Positions 28,351 through 42,937 are shown, numbered from the stretch's first letter. The stretch is DNA of 64,000 bases from Octopus vulgaris (GCA_951406725.2 OX597814.1:67332001-67396000), one strand, 5' to 3'. A program made the numbers and translations. Notes: generated by a model not told the origin, from the sequence alone.

Positions 28351-31300
28351 TGGGGAATTACAACCGTGTTTCGTGGTCTGCTACCACAACAGCTCCTTTA
28401 TAGGATCCAGTTAGCTCAAGACATCATCAGGAGGAATCACGTCCGGTTTCGGCCCCTACTTCTCTACCGTTTTGACGTGGCGGGGCCTTCCTCCCTTTTC
28501 GGAGATGTCTTCAGCTCTGGTGTTGGGTGCATGTCTTCTTTCTTCTGTTCCCTGGCCTCTTCGATGTATCGTCAGCGAGTGTCAGCCGGTGACTGACTGA
28601 CTTGTCAAATTCTTCCCTTTAAATACCTGCCGCTAGGCTCCAGCAGGCAGCCCCAGCAAGTTGTCACGTGACACTATCTCACCTTAACTGACTAGTGAAG
28701 GCGCGTAGTTTTAGCCCGCGCATTCTCTAAACGACCATCACCTGTCCGTCAGCGAAGCTGATTCAGTGCCAGTTTGTCTCACCTAATGATGTTATTTCCC
28801 GCCGGCATGTTATGACTTACAAGCCATTTTCGGTCTTCCCGCTTCAGCCATATATAGAAGCTGGCTTTTTCGACCGCCTCCTGTACTCTCCTTATTAGTT
28901 TTCGCTGCTCGGAGCGAGAAAAAACAAATCTTCTTTTGAAAAGCGTTGTCATTTTCCTTTCAATGAAGCCTCTAGCCCCCACTGCCAGGTAATAATATTC
29001 GACATTCCATCCCTGTTCTCTGCATTGTTCGATTAGCTTTTCGTACCTCTTCTCCTTTCCTTCCTCTGCATTGCCGATTTTCTCTTCCCAAGGTACTCTC
29101 AGTTCTAGTAAAATTCATATTTTCTGTTCCATAGGACTAAATCCGGTCTTTTTGTTGTTTTTATTAGTGGAAATATTACTTGTCTTTCCAAGTCCATGGC
29201 CACCTCCCAGTATCCTTTCCATCTTTCGTCTATCTCGTATACTTTACTTGTAGGCCTGGTTTTATATCCTTTTTCCTCCTTGTGGAAGTATACTTTCCTG
29301 CGCTTTTCTACTTTTGGGTACTCTCCCCTATTTTATCTCTCGATCTTCTCCTTGAGTGCTGCGCTTATGACGCCGAGGACTTGATTATGCCGCCATGTAT
29401 ATCTTTCTAGGGCTAGTCTGTAATTTGACAGAACATGTCTAACCGTCGCTTACTCTCCGCATCTACACTCATCAGTTGTTTTTATGTTCCACCGGACTAA
29501 GTTCGCCGGTGAGGGTAGAACGTCGAAGGTAGACTTGATCAGGAAGGGTGTTCTTGCTTGTTCCCAAGCCCAAAGTTCCTTCCATGATATTCTGCGGCTG
29601 ATCACATATTCCTCCCATCTCAGGCACTGTCCCTGTTGACTGCATTGCACCAAATGTACATTTCGCCTTTCTTCTTCCTCCTTTCTCACTTCGTATACCA
29701 CTGCCTCTTTCATCTCTTTTATACTGCTCTTGCAAAATGGCCTGAAATTTTGCGACCCTAGGCCGGTTCTTGCTTCTTGCATAGCTCCGACTATATCTGC
29801 GTGCCTCAGTTTTCCGATCGCCCTGTTTACTGCTTCTTCCGCCTTCCATTTCCTCCCTGTTCGTACCTTTAGAGGGTTTTCCCGGATGCTCTGATCTTTT
29901 GAATACCTTAGCATCATTACTGTCCTTGCCTTTCCTGACTTATATTCTTCGGCGATTGATGTTATTGGTAGTTGCAGCACGGGTTTTCCATATAGTGCAG
30001 TTGTATTCAGTGGTTTCGGCAGACCAAGCCATTTTCTGATAAACACACTGCATCTTTGTTCCATCCTTTCTACTCTACTCGAGGCTATTTCGTACATTTG
30101 CAATGGCCACATTATTCTTGGGTACAGCCCAAATTGCAGTATCTAACATCTGAATTTTCCCGGCAGCGTTGTTCTGTCAATTGCCTTTAATCCTTGTTCA
30201 ACTAACTCGTGTGTTTCTTTCCCTTGCTTCTTATCATTTAATAAATCTCTATACCATCTTCCGAGACTCTTTACTGGTTGTTCTTTCACCGTTGGTATGC
30301 CTTCACCTCCTATCCTGAATTTCACTTCTTGCCTTCCTTTCATGAAAGCCACGCTTCGAGATGTTTTGACTTTGAATTTCATCCTTGCCCATCCTATCAG
30401 TTCGTCCAACCGCTCTAACGTTCCCTCTGCTGCTTCTCTACTTTCCGATAATATAGTTACGTCGTCCATAAAAGCCCTTAATGGTGTCTTTGTAACAGCT
30501 TTCTCACAGTTTGTAGATCTAAGTAACATTTCCATGACTAGCACGAATAAGATGACTGATATCGTGCATCCGGCTGCAATACCTATTTCAAGCCGTTGCC
30601 ACTCCGTTGTGAACTTTCCTGCTGTAAATCTCATCCTCGGGTTGTCGTAGTACGGCATGAGCATTCGTTGAACATCTTTTGGAATCCAAAAGAAATCCAT
30701 CGCTGTTTTTATTATTGCGTGCGGAACAGATCCATAAGCATTGGCAAGATCTAGCCAAACATTATACAGGTTTTTCTTCATTTGTTTTGCACAGGTGATG
30801 GCTTCCCAGATGGCAAATGCGTGTTCTATGCACCCAGAGATTCCGAGGATTCCTGCTTTTTGGATTGCTTCATTAACGTACCCGTTATGCTGTACGAATC
30901 TTATGATTCGTCTAGCAATAATTCCAAACATGATTTTCCCGTCAGTATTTAATAATGATATTGGTCTAAATTGACCTAGTGTTTTTGCCTCTTTTTCTTT
31001 AGGTAGATAGATACCTTCAGCTATACACCATCACTCCGCTACATCTTTCTTCTTCCACATTTCTCTTATCAGTGCAAACAGCTGCAAACGTAATTTCGGG
31101 CAATATTCATATACCTTGTAGCTCACTTCATCATTCCCTGGTGAACTTTTTGCTCTTGCTTTTCTTATGAACTCATCCATTTCTTTCCGTTTGATGTCAC
31201 TCAAATCAAATGGTACACTTGGTTCAGGTGGCTTCTTCAGTCCGTGCATTTCTGGGAGTACTTCATTTCTGTCAGAGTCGCTGTATGTCTCTTTCAGATG

Positions 31301-32465
31301 TTGTTCGAGCTCTTCTTTCGTGCAATCCAATTTTCTGCTTTTACTTTCAGTAAATAAATGTTTCGCATATTGATAGGGTTTGTTCACGAAGCTACAATAG
31401 TTTTTTTTTTCTCTCTCCTTTCTTCTGCTCCTCCTTCTTTGTTTTCTTAGCAGGTCTCGATGCCTCTCTTTTATCTCTTCATATAGCTGCTTTAGCCCTT
31501 CTCTTTCCTCCTCCCTCGCATCCCTCCATCTGGTTCTGAGTTTTTTCTTCTCTTCTCGAATCTTTGCGATCCACCTTTCTCTCCTCGATGGTCCGCTCTT
31601 TGCCGTTGATTCTACCTTCCCTGTTGTTTCCAGTCCAAATCTTTTCTCTCCTTCCTGGTAGATTGTATTAGCCAGGTTTTCGAGCTTTTGTTCGTCGTCG
31701 CCTTTGAATTTGGTGGTCATTCTTGCTACCTCGTTGTCAACTTTTTTATAACTCGCTGCGTCATTTGCTTTCGGCCACTTAATCTTTGTCCTCTTCACGC
31801 CTATCAGTCTTTTTTACTGTTCCGATTCAACTGTGGAATGAACCTCGCTATGGTTATTTTCCAGGGGGTTCTGGCCACACGTCTTATGGTTTATCAACCC
31901 GCGTTGTTGAATTACTTTCTTCTGACACATCTTCCCTTGGTGGATTTTCAGCCTGATGCAACTAGCAAACACCTTTCCGCAGCAGCTGAACTCCTCATCT
32001 ACCATCCCTATACCGTTTCCTTTCTCATTGTCCATTTCCGGTCCAAGTCCATTTCGTTTTTTTCCGTCTCTATTTGATCCTTTATTCTCCCCCCGTGGTC
32101 AGGGATCATGGGGGCATGATTTCCCATGTTTGTTTTTCGTCGCAATTTTACCCCGGATCGGGCTGCAAGCCCATTTGTTCCTTCGTTACGCTGTCGTACT
32201 GTCAAGCGTCTCTCCGCTTTGTTATCCCTCTTTCTGGATTGTCAGCAAGTCTTTCCCTACAGTCAGTATCTGAGGAATTACAACCGTGTTTCGTGGTCTG
32301 CTACCACAACAGCTCCTTTATAGGATCCAGTTAGCTCAAGATATCATCAGGAGGAACCATGTCCGGTTTCGGCCCCTACTCCTCAACCGTTTTGACGTGG
32401 CGGGGCCTTCCTCCCTTTCGGAGGTGTCTTCAGCTCTGGTGTTGGGTGAATGTCTTCTTTCTTCT
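28351..32465 (-). mobile_element. Near full-length HERO-like (R2-group, RLE) non-LTR retrotransposon, frameshifted
   Basis: IKWPKAND, KARAKSSPGND, WLDLANAYGSVPH, GIAAGCTISV, AFMDDVT, FDVLPSPANL..W and EKASFYIWLKR motifs; TSD TAAATAG at 28344-28350 and 32466-32472. Confidence 0.85.
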
Positions 32466-33149
32466 TAAATAGACGGAGTGCAAAAAATTTTAAATAAGTG
32501 AATTTATGTTGTAGAGAGAACGTACAAATACCGTAATGACAAAGATATTTACGCACGACGGAAATACACTGAAGTAAAATTTAGACAGATGTGGCAAAAC
32601 TGAATTTAAACACACTGGGTGAACAAAAATTAAAAATTACTAAATTACTTTTCAGGAAGGACGTTCAAAAACTGTAATAATAGAGCTTTTTATGCATGAG
32701 AGAGAGAGAGAAAAGAGAGAGAAGCGGTTGAAAACTGGAGAAGTAAAATGGAGGCAAATGGTTGAAAACTGCAGAAGTTTTTAAAGAAAAACCTGTGTAA
32801 AACATCTTTTTTTCCGGTTTCTCGCTTTACACGGGGGCTCCGAGCAAAATGTTAAAGTGCATGACCATCCTTGGCACATAAGTAACATGTGTGCAAAGTT
32901 TGGTAAAAATTGGTTGAAAATTGTAGAAATGCATACGTACAGACACACAGACACGCGCGTGCACACACATCCTTTGTTTTACGTATGTGTGTGTGTGTGT
33001 ATACATAATTATTTTCAAGGACCTATAATCCTTTAAAAGGATGCTAGCATCCTAGTTCTCCGGTTTATACTAGTGATAAAACGACATACAAAATATTAGA
33101 ACCAATGTCTTACTTCATTCATCTAATCGTCCTCATACGATCATGAATA

Positions 33150-34010
33150 CGAATAACGGGATAAAAAAACAAACCCCTTATATATACAATAATTCTCGGA
33201 AATTTGAAAATTATATTGCATCTCCTGGTAAAAATAACATTGTTTGGTTCATAGTTCCATTCGCTTAACAAATTATGAATAATTTGGTTGGAACCTTATA
33301 CAAACTTTTCTCTAAACACTTTACAAAGGAAAATAGATATTATGATATTATCAACCCTAGGCTTCTTAGAACTGGTTAATCCGTATCTAATAATTTATAC
33401 CAGACTATATCTTCAATTAACGAAAAACATTATCCAATTTTTATAATTATTGTAATAGTAGTAAATGCCATAACAGTAATACTAATGGAATAAAAGTTAG
33501 TAATGAAAATGAATTTGAGACGTCTTGTGTACAAGGGGAAACAACCCGTGTCAAATCCCATTCCAACCTCTTGAATGTAAATAAAATGGCAAATAGCAAT
33601 TATACTGAATATAATGATATGAAACAGAGTAATAATACGAGTACTAATGAAAATACTTTTTTTGATTACAGGGTTAGAAATGAATGTTTATTTTAAAATT
33701 ATTGTAACAAATGAATGTTGTTTACAGATGTTTACAGATATCTGCGGGGCTACCCAGAATTATGTTAAGAAACGCGTCTCTAATCATATTTACACCTTTA
33801 ATAATAGGAACAGGTCTTCTTCTACCAACTTTATTATTTGGGACTTGAGAACAAAAAAAAAAGAGCTTATAAATCCAGGGAACTCCTTTTGCTTTCTCTG
33901 TCTAGAAGAATTATTCTTGATCTTATATTCGAGGAGACTAGTTTTTCATGTGTTCATGCACGTAAATGTACTCTTAGAAACTAACATTAAATATAGTCAT
34001 CATTGATGAT
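33150..34010 (+). mobile_element. Degenerate Penelope-like 3' fragment (GIY-YIG)
   Basis: CGATQNYVKKRVSNHIYTF...CFLCLEELFLIL in ORF 33647-34006. Confidence 0.55.
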
Positions 34011-34789
34011 AAGCGTTAAAAAATGGATAGTACATGTAATATTGATGAAAAATAAATATGATATAATATAATTTAATATAGTATAATATAGTAATTAAAT
34101 GGTGTAGATCGACGTTAAGTCTTCTATACGTGTATTGGTATTTTATAATAAATTCAGTTAAGCACATTTCTCATAAATATATCATTGAAATTCTTATAAT
34201 AATTTATAAAACTAAATTTTAGATAAAACATATTATCTTAATAGTAATTGCAACTTTAGTGTACTTAGTTTTAATATGTATTATCTATAAATAGTATCTG
34301 GTAATGTTTAGGTTTTGTTTTTGTTTACAAAGTTTATATTGACCATAGTTTTACGCATAAATATTGATGAGGCAATACTGTTGATTAGTAATTAACTAGC
34401 AGTTTTGATAAGTCACATTTTATGTTGTCTTCAGTATTTTTAACAAATGCATGCACAACTACTTGATGACACTCCCCCTCACTCACTCTCTACTCATCTT
34501 TCTCACTCACTTTACGCGCTCTCTCTCTCACTATAACATCTATTTCACCCTAACTACTACACCACCACTTATAAAAAGTATCATGTATTACATATGCACT
34601 CGCAAAATATTTCAAACGCAGGGAGAGAAAGTTTCATCCCAATGTTTAGGATGTTATCTGTTGATTGTATAATGGTTCAATTTTTCAGTAATACAGAGTT
34701 TTTATTTGGTACCCCGACCTCTGTAATATTTGGCTTTCGCAATAATTTACAATTCTACATCCTTTCAATGTCCATATCATATTTGACAG

Positions 34790-36330
34790 GGCTGTTCATT
34801 TTTCTTCTCTGAATGACGCCAGATGTTGCCCGTCATTCCGATATACGTGTTTGCTATTCCGTTGGGGTCCGTGATCTTGGACTTGTATACGAGTTCTTTT
34901 TCGAGACAGTTGTTGTTTAGGAAGCAGCGGTTTGGGGATCTACAGTTGCATTGTCTTTCGGATGTGTTTCTGGTGGGTTTGTATTCATTTTGATTGAGTA
35001 TTATTGACCCTATATTGGGGAAGTAACTATAACTAACTTTAACAGTATTTATTTGTGTTGAAGATCTTGTGGTATTTGTGTAAATGTAGAAAGTGGTTGT
35101 CTATGAGTTTGAAGAATTTCCTAGCTATGTTAGTAGCTACATTCATGCTATAAGGTGAGTTAACCCATAAGATTTTCCTCTGTCTGCGTCTTCTTGGTCT
35201 ATTTATATTTGGTTTAAAGTAGTATATGCTATTCTTGAAGTTGGACCTTTTTAATGCAGCATTATGATATGGTGCAGATTTTTCAAGTGTCTTTATCGGC
35301 GGATGAATTGGTGACACGCCTGCTAATGTTGTTAACCTTTTGTTTAATTGATGCTGGTGGATGGTTGGAACCTATGTTTATGTACAAAGTTCCCTCGTTT
35401 GGTTTGTGGTAGGGTTTAAATTTTCCTGTGTTAAGATTCAAATTAGCGTCTAGGGAGTTGATTTCTTTAAGGTTTGTACCAAATGTGGTTTTAGGCATAA
35501 TTGGCTAAATGTTTTGCATAATGTTTTCTTTATTATATCCATATCATGTTCCTTTTCATTGCATACTACACCCAGGCCATCGTCCCTTTATAAACCTATG
35601 TCAGCTTATTTTATTTCTTTTTAAGCGTATCTAGGATATAAAGGCTACAAGATCAGCTATCTCTGCACCGTCATAGCTCCTCATTGCCACCTCAAATAAC
35701 TCGTCTCCATTCTTTTTTAACCAATAGGAATTATCCTGAGTAATGACTTCCTTGCGTTCATAATTATATGTATATGAGTTTTTATTATTGTGACATATGT
35801 TTTACTAAATTCAAGTGCCCTCTGAAGCAAGCTTTTGGAGATCGAGGTGTAGAACTCTACGATATCGAATTGTATAAATTTGCATTCGGGTTTATCTTCT
35901 ATTTTCTTAAACCATTCAATAGTTGCGCTACTGCATATTCATTGGGTAAGATTTGAGTGTGTTCTGATATGTCGTATAATATTATCTAATATGGATTTAC
36001 TAATAATTCTTATTTCGCTTTTTATGGGATTTATTAATTTACAGCTAGGATTTTGCGTGAAGTTATTTTTATGGTCTTTCACCGTTATGAAAGGATTTCA
36101 TGGGATAAGCTTTTCTGCTTTGTCTCCTGTTTTAAACCTTGTGGCAATTTGTTTTTGCTTCTACATTTATTGAATTATAAGTGGTGGGATTTCTTTTCCT
36201 GTATGTTTTAGTTATGTTGTCGGTTAGTAATTTGTTGTGCGTTTGGTTGTTTACTTCATATATATTTTTTGTTTTACCCGCCTTAATAAACATATTTGCT
36301 GATGTTCTGAAATGTTTGATGTATATCTGT
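34790..36330 (-). mobile_element. Degenerate Penelope-like RT/EN fragment
   Basis: LDANLNLNTGKFKPYHKPNEGTLYINIGSNHPP and RKILWVNSPYSMNVATNI, paralogous to 3843-4864. Confidence 0.8.
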
Positions 36331-36740
36331 ATGAGAACATCGTGTCCAGAGCAAAAACAAAATATTGTAAACAAATTGACCACTCAAGGGAAACAATTTG
36401 CCCAAAAGACAAACCCAAGGGAGATAAACAATCATTGATACATTGTTTTATTCACGTAAATTCATGAGAATCTCCGAATACACTTCTCCATGTGATCGGC
36501 TTGAAAAATTGTGAAAACACTAGGATAGTTTCTTACTTTTCTTAACATGAAACCAATGGTAGCCTTAATTCACAAATAGAGAAATTATATCCACCAATGC
36601 AGTATTGAGCATTCCTTTTCATCGTTTGACATTTACGTATGTATATATATATTTCCTTTTTTCTCGTTGTTTATGCATTTAACTCGTTTGTTTTCGTATT
36701 TCATGATATTTGCACCGTTGGCGACGTACTGTATCCATAT

Positions 36741-36801
<61 letters not shown>

Positions 36802-37372
36802 TGTATATGTGTGTGCATGTGTAAATATGTGTATGTGTATGTGCATGTGTTTGCTTAAAAGTACGTTTGTTACACGGTGATATATCTATGCATAAATACC
36901 TATAACGGTTGATGGTATTCATACATGAACATTTTTCTCTTTAAATATTAGTTTTCTAACTGAAAAGAAGCAACTGTCTAAATGTTAGAAATTAAACTTG
37001 CAACGCTTTAATTTTGATAGCATCGACGAGAGTATATGAATTTGAATTTCAGTAAAGTCTTTATTATTGTACTTATAACCCCTACTTGTAAGGTATATAT
37101 TACACGACCTCTTTGTATGCAGGAAAACAGAAGACTTTAAAGATCGTCAATGAGTTATTCAGTAATATAACCATCAGTGGCAATATCTATTTGTTAATAT
37201 GTAAAGATTTTACCATGTTGAAGATACTGCAGATCTCGAAATACATGTTCATAAATAATCTGATATTTACAAGTTTTGTATTGTCTCAAATATTCAAAAA
37301 GTCATTAAAAGAACTTTAAATATTTAATATTAAAATTTTATATAAAATGATTCCTTGTTTCTATTCCTCTAG

Positions 37373-37435
37373 AATTGGAAGAGGACTTAGAGCCTGAGAC
37401 CGAAGAAACGGAAGATTTAAAGCTGGAGACACCAG
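37373..37435 (+). CDS. Acidic-repeat mini-exon, short variant (63 nt): (E)LEEDLEPETEETEDLKLETP
   Basis: CCTCTAG acceptor, CCAG|GTATGA donor, in-frame 15-nt deletion relative to the 78-nt exons. Confidence 0.8.
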
Positions 37436-37554
37436 GTATGAATTACATATACATATATACAGATACATATATACATGAAAGTATACATACACACGAGCAT
37501 TCAGACATACAAACACATGCACGCAAGCATACATGGGGACACCAGCCGTGAATT

Positions 37555-38430
37555 ACATACGAATTGTTAGAAAGGATCACAAAAGAACAGCTCCCAAAAT
37601 TGCTGAAGAGCTTAATGATAATCTTGAGAACCCAGTTTCCACAAAAACTGTTCGCCGGGAGCTGCACAAAGCCGGATTTTACGGAAGGGCTGCAATCAAA
37701 CAATCACTACTTTCAAAAACAAACGTTGCAAAGTATTTAGAGTGGAGTAAAAACCTGCAGAATTGGTTCCCAGAGCAGTGGAAGAATGTTGTTTTCTGAG
37801 ACGAGTCATCCATTACCTTATTTCCGTCCACCGACCGAGTATACATGTGGAGACAGCCAAAAGAAGCATTTGACCCAGACTTCCTTCTTCCAACTGTTAA
37901 ACATGGAGGAGGATCTGTGATGATTTGGGGGTGGGGTGGGCTATATCTTGAAAATCCGCCGACCCAATGGTTTCCCTACTTGGCAGAATTAATAGTCAAG
38001 ACTATTTAAGTATTTTATCTGATCAAATTCAACCTATGGTTGCGGAACTGTTTCCGGGTGAAAACGCAATCTTTCAGGGGGATAATGCACCAATTCACAC
38101 AGCTAAAGTTGTTACTGAATTGGCACGAGGAACATTCTAGTGAACATCTTATCTGGCCACCACAGTTCCCAGTTCTCAAAATTATTGAACATTTATGGTG
38201 CATTTTAGAAAAACAAGTAAGGAGTCGATATCCTCCATCATCATCACTACAAGAACTGGAGACTGTTTTAGCTGAAGAATGGACAAAATTTCCTTTGGAA
38301 GCAATTCAAACTTTGTACGAGCCCATACCCCGTAGAATTCAAGCTGTAATTACTGCCAAAGGCGGTCCTATCCCATATTAAAATTAATTTGTTTGAAATT
38401 TTAAGGTGCTTCCATTATTTTGTCGAACCC
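37555..38430 (+). mobile_element. Tc1-like transposase remnant
   Basis: VSTKTVRRELHKAGFYGRAA, WKNVVF*DES, WPPQFPVLKIIEHLW, IPRRIQAVITAKGGPIPY. Confidence 0.88.
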
Positions 38431-38751
38431 ATATATCTACTTGTAAAGTATATGTTACAGGACCTCTGTATACAAGAAAATTCTTGACTTTCATGAACGT
38501 TGATAAAGTATTCACTAATATAGCCAAGTGTGGTAATATCTATTTGTAAATATCTGAAGAGTTTAATAGGTTGAAGATGCTTAGTTCTTGAAATACCTGT
38601 TCATAATTATTCTGAAATATACCAGTTCAAATACTGTGTAAGATTGTGCATGGTTTTTGTAGTGTATCTCAACTATTCAAAAGGCATTTAAAACTTTAAA
38701 TATTTAGCATTAAAAATTCATATAAAAGGTTTCTTCCTTTCCATTCTCTAG

Positions 38752-38829
38752 AATTCGAGGAGGATACGATAACAGAGGAGTCAGAGCCTGAGACCGAGGA
38801 GACGGAGAATTTAGACCTGGAGACACCAG
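38752..38829 (+). CDS. Acidic-repeat mini-exon (78 nt): (E)FEEDTITEESEPETEETENLDLETP
   Basis: Intact AG and GT, open frame. Confidence 0.83.
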
Positions 38830-39216
38830 GTATGAATTATACATACATACATACATACATACATACATACATACATACACACACAAACACTAAAACCACT
38901 ACTTGTTAGCTTTAACACTTTTCAAGTCTGTCCATTTGGAAATTTCTGTAAGCAGCTTGTCGTACCACATCACTTATCAACTTCTGCCCCCTGCCCCAGT
39001 GCAAAGAGTTGCTGCACACTTCTTGCAGGATGGCTCTTCCATTAAGCTGTATGGTTTAAGGTTGCATCATGCTACCAAATGTTTAGCGAAAACTGAAACC
39101 TGGAAGGATAAGTTCCCATGATTAGTGTTGATCACCGAAATTACCAGCTTTGTGCCAAAAGTTGAAACCAATATTAAAATTACATATAAAAGGTTTCCTC
39201 CTTTCAATTTCTCTAG

Positions 39217-39294
39217 AATTTGAAGAAGATACGATACCAGAGGAGTTAGAGTTTGAGACCGATGAGATGGAAGATTTAGAACTGGAGACACCAG
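39217..39294 (+). CDS. Acidic-repeat mini-exon (78 nt): (E)FEEDTIPEELEFETDEMEDLELETP
   Basis: Intact AG and GT; visible inside ORF 39150-39389. Confidence 0.83.
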
Positions 39295-39676
39295 GTATGA
39301 ATTATACATACATACATACATACATACATACATACATACATACATACATACATACATACATACATGTAGGCGCGTCAGAATGCCTATAAGAGATATTCAC
39401 ATCCATATATTATATGCGTCGTACGACTACGTATGGGTTATGCATTGTGTCGCAAATATTCAAAGCACATATTATAAAAGAGAAGCGAATCCCTGTCTAT
39501 CTGTCCGTCACAGCATCTATTAGAGGAAGGGAAAGAAGGGAGGAATCAAAATATACGTCACAACTTATTTCTAGAAGGGGAGGAGAAAACGCTGTTGTTG
39601 AGAGAGAAATAGAGTGAGTGAGAGAGAGAGAGAAAGTGTGCGTGAAAGATAACCAGCTGTCTGCCATTCTGTCCGT

Positions 39677-39784
<108 letters not shown>

Positions 39785-40054
39785 GTTTCTTTCTATCTAT
39801 CTATCTAAATATCTCTTTTTGCACCTGGCTCTGTATATGTGTGTGTACTATATATATTATTAAGTTGGCTATTCGCAATTTAAAAGCCAGAAGGCACAAG
39901 TGAAATCGTCATTAAAGTCAATTAGGGTACAAATTAGCATCAGCATTACTATAAATAAAATACAATACAATTGTTAACTCCCCATACACACACATATTTA
40001 TACATATATATATTCACACACATATGTATATATAATGTATCTAATAATGTATGT

Positions 40055-40354
40055 GTGGAGGCGCAATGGCCCAGTGGTTAGGGCAGTGGACTCGCGGTTG
40101 TAGGATCGCGGTTTCAATTCCCAGACCGAGCGTTGTGAGTGTTTATTGAGTGAAAACACCTAAAGCTCCGGCAGGGGGTGGTGGCGATCCCTGCTGTGCT
40201 CTTTCGCCATAACTTTCTCTCACTCTTTCTTCTGTTGGCCTGCTCGCTTAGCCAGCGGGGTGGCGTCATTTGAAGGCTAAAATAATGCGAAGCGCATTGT
40301 GACCAGCGATGTGTAGCAACATCTGATAGCCTGGTCGGTCACGGTGATTACGTG
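40055..40354 (+). mobile_element. Full-length tRNA-derived SINE with a 12-bp TSD
   Basis: A box TGGCCCAGTGG, B-box-like GGTTTCAATTCC, TSD AATAATGTATGT at 40043-40054 and 40355-40366. Confidence 0.85.
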
Positions 40355-41486
40355 AATAATGTATGTAGATCTGTATACACACATACATACACATGCACGC
40401 GCACACACATATATTTAGCTTTAAATTTCTGCATGTTTAAACATAAGAATTAATAGATACATGTAATGGTTGGTTGCATTCCCCAATGTCTGTTGCTTGT
40501 TTTTTGAATATATGTATTTTTATATCAACTAACAAATTAGCTAGTTAAGAAAATGTCTATAAGAGATGAAAGCAGTCTCTATACTGAGTAGTAAGGTTTA
40601 AGGCCACTTAAATATAATTGTTCCCAATGAACGGACGTTGCTGCTATTTTTTGCCTCCAGCTGGTTATTCGGTACAATCTACACTCGATATATATTGCAA
40701 ATGAGGAGATAACTCCTGCCATCTTCTAGCTCCGTGACCACCAGACTACAGTTTAGACCTCCTTGTGGTCATCCTCCGCTAGACACAGCAGTAGTTCCCT
40801 CCCGCTCGCAATATATAGAAAATAAGTGACACGCAGTCACTGATCTCGCAACAAGCAAATTAGCTAGTTGAGAAAATCGCTATACTGAGAAGTGAGGTAA
40901 GTTGTATCGGAAAGGTTTAATTGTTAAAATATATACCTACAATACTTGAATTTGGATAACATCAGTGAGAAGTATATGAATTTTACTCTCAATACAGTTT
41001 CCTTTACTTTACTGATCCGCTTTCAACTACCTTATAAATATAAGGCACAACCTACGTGATCACATTGCAGAAGAATCGTAGAAATTCCGTGAATGAAGTA
41101 TTCACTAACAGAACCAAATGCTGCAATAATCGTTCAGGTCACTGCTTGGAATCGAACTCGAAATCTTGGGGTTAAGCCCGCGCTCTTAACTACTACGCCA
41201 TAGGGAAACAAAAAACATGAAACGAACTTAAAAACCAGAAAAAAAGAACAGAATAATCGTTTATGTGTGAAGACTGTACTAGGTTATATAAGTCGCAAAT
41301 TTAAAAGTAATTTTTCATAGATATTTTGATATTTACTAGTTTCGAAGAGTTATTTAAATCATCAGATGCATTATATATATATATTTTTGTGCGTGGTTTT
41401 TGTATTGTATCTCAAATAGCATAAACCACTAAATATTTAATACTAAATACTTTAAAAAATAAATTTCCTCCGTTTCTTTTTACTAG

Positions 41487-41564
41487 AATTCGAAGAAAAT
41501 ATGATACGAGAAGAGGTAGAGTCTGAGGCCGAAGAGACAGAGAATCTAGAAATGGGGACACCAG
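41487..41564 (+). CDS. Acidic-repeat mini-exon (78 nt): (E)[25 protein letters not shown]
   Basis: TTTACTAG acceptor, CCAG|GTATGG donor. Confidence 0.82.
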
Positions 41565-41677
41565 GTATGGCTATATGTGCGTGTTTGTGTATGAGTGTGT
41601 GTGGGTATGTGTGTATGCATATGCATACATTTGATTGTGTATAGATGTGTTGCATACGTGAATATCAATATATCGTC

Positions 41678-41712
<35 letters not shown>

Positions 41713-41724
41713 TAATAATAATAA

Positions 41725-42660
41725 TGCCTTGATGCAGTACTAGGCAGTAGCTCTCATGGCTTCTGATCTTAACTGATTGGAAGTGTAATCATGTACATTA
41801 TTTTGTCTTGATATAAAAGATGGGCTACAGCAAATATTCTGCTCAGTATCACAGATTTGCTTGTCAGTTGTTTGACCGTAACCAGTTGAGCATATCTCTT
41901 AGTGGCTGACGAAATGTGCATCTCTGATCACGAGCAGAAGTAGTGGGGGAGCATCGTAGCTTTGTGCCGAGAGGTATTCTTTGGGTTTTGGATAATTCAC
42001 CTTTGGAAGCATAGGTGTTTCGTTCAACATCCTTAAACAACCCTTATTCAGAGAGGGGCGGGATGGGCTACTCGACCTGAAGAAAATTCTAACTGGGTCC
42101 CACCTGCAAGGTCATGTGCTGTTTATCTTGATATGAGATCACCATGTCACGTACATATGGTTGTGATACATGTGCCTAGTGTACCTTTATCAGACGGGTA
42201 GTCATGATGGGTATACAATGATAAATAGTTAAATATAACAATGACAAATAGTTAAAAAAGAATAAAAACAATATTGTCAATGATATCAGTGATAATAACA
42301 ATAATAATAATGAAAAGAAGCGGGTGGAGCCTCTCCATGTCCTGGTTAATGATACATCTAGTGATAATGTCACAATAGAAACACTGGTAATTGCGCAATC
42401 TGATAATCGATACCTCATATGAGTGACAACGAAAAAACAAAATATTGTGAATAACGGTGGTAATGAAACTGAAGCTATTGATGGTGACAAAGTTGCACTC
42501 GGCAGGCTCAGAGATTCTGGTCCGGCTCCAGCCTGTCGATATCCAGAAAGGGACCACCACACACGGCGTAGATGGAGCAAGCAAATTAATGCTGTGGTCA
42601 TGGAGTGTTATTACCTGAGCAACTCTGTAGATGAAAATGGTGCTCAAATTAGGAGTTACA
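41725..42660 (+). mobile_element. Probable R4/Dong-like non-LTR 5' fragment next to (TAA)n
   Basis: RRRWSKQINAVVMECYYLS resembles the R4-clade ORF N-terminus; boundaries uncertain. Confidence 0.45.
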
Positions 42661-42878
42661 CTCGCACACACACAAATACACACACACATACAATATACAC
42701 ACGTGTAATACGTACATACATAAAACCATTCAATGTCTGTCTCTGTTTATGTATCTCAGTTTCTCTCTCATTGTGTCTCTGTGTTTGTACGCACACACAG
42801 ACACACGCATACACACACGCGCACACACACACGCACACACATACATACGCAAATAGATAGATAAATAGACAGACAGAC

Positions 42879-42937
<59 letters not shown>

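Noticed and set aside
40057-40130. tRNA gene
   Set aside because: A and B boxes belong to a SINE head flanked by a TSD; no full cloverleaf. The same applies to ~41140-41200 and 61700-61770
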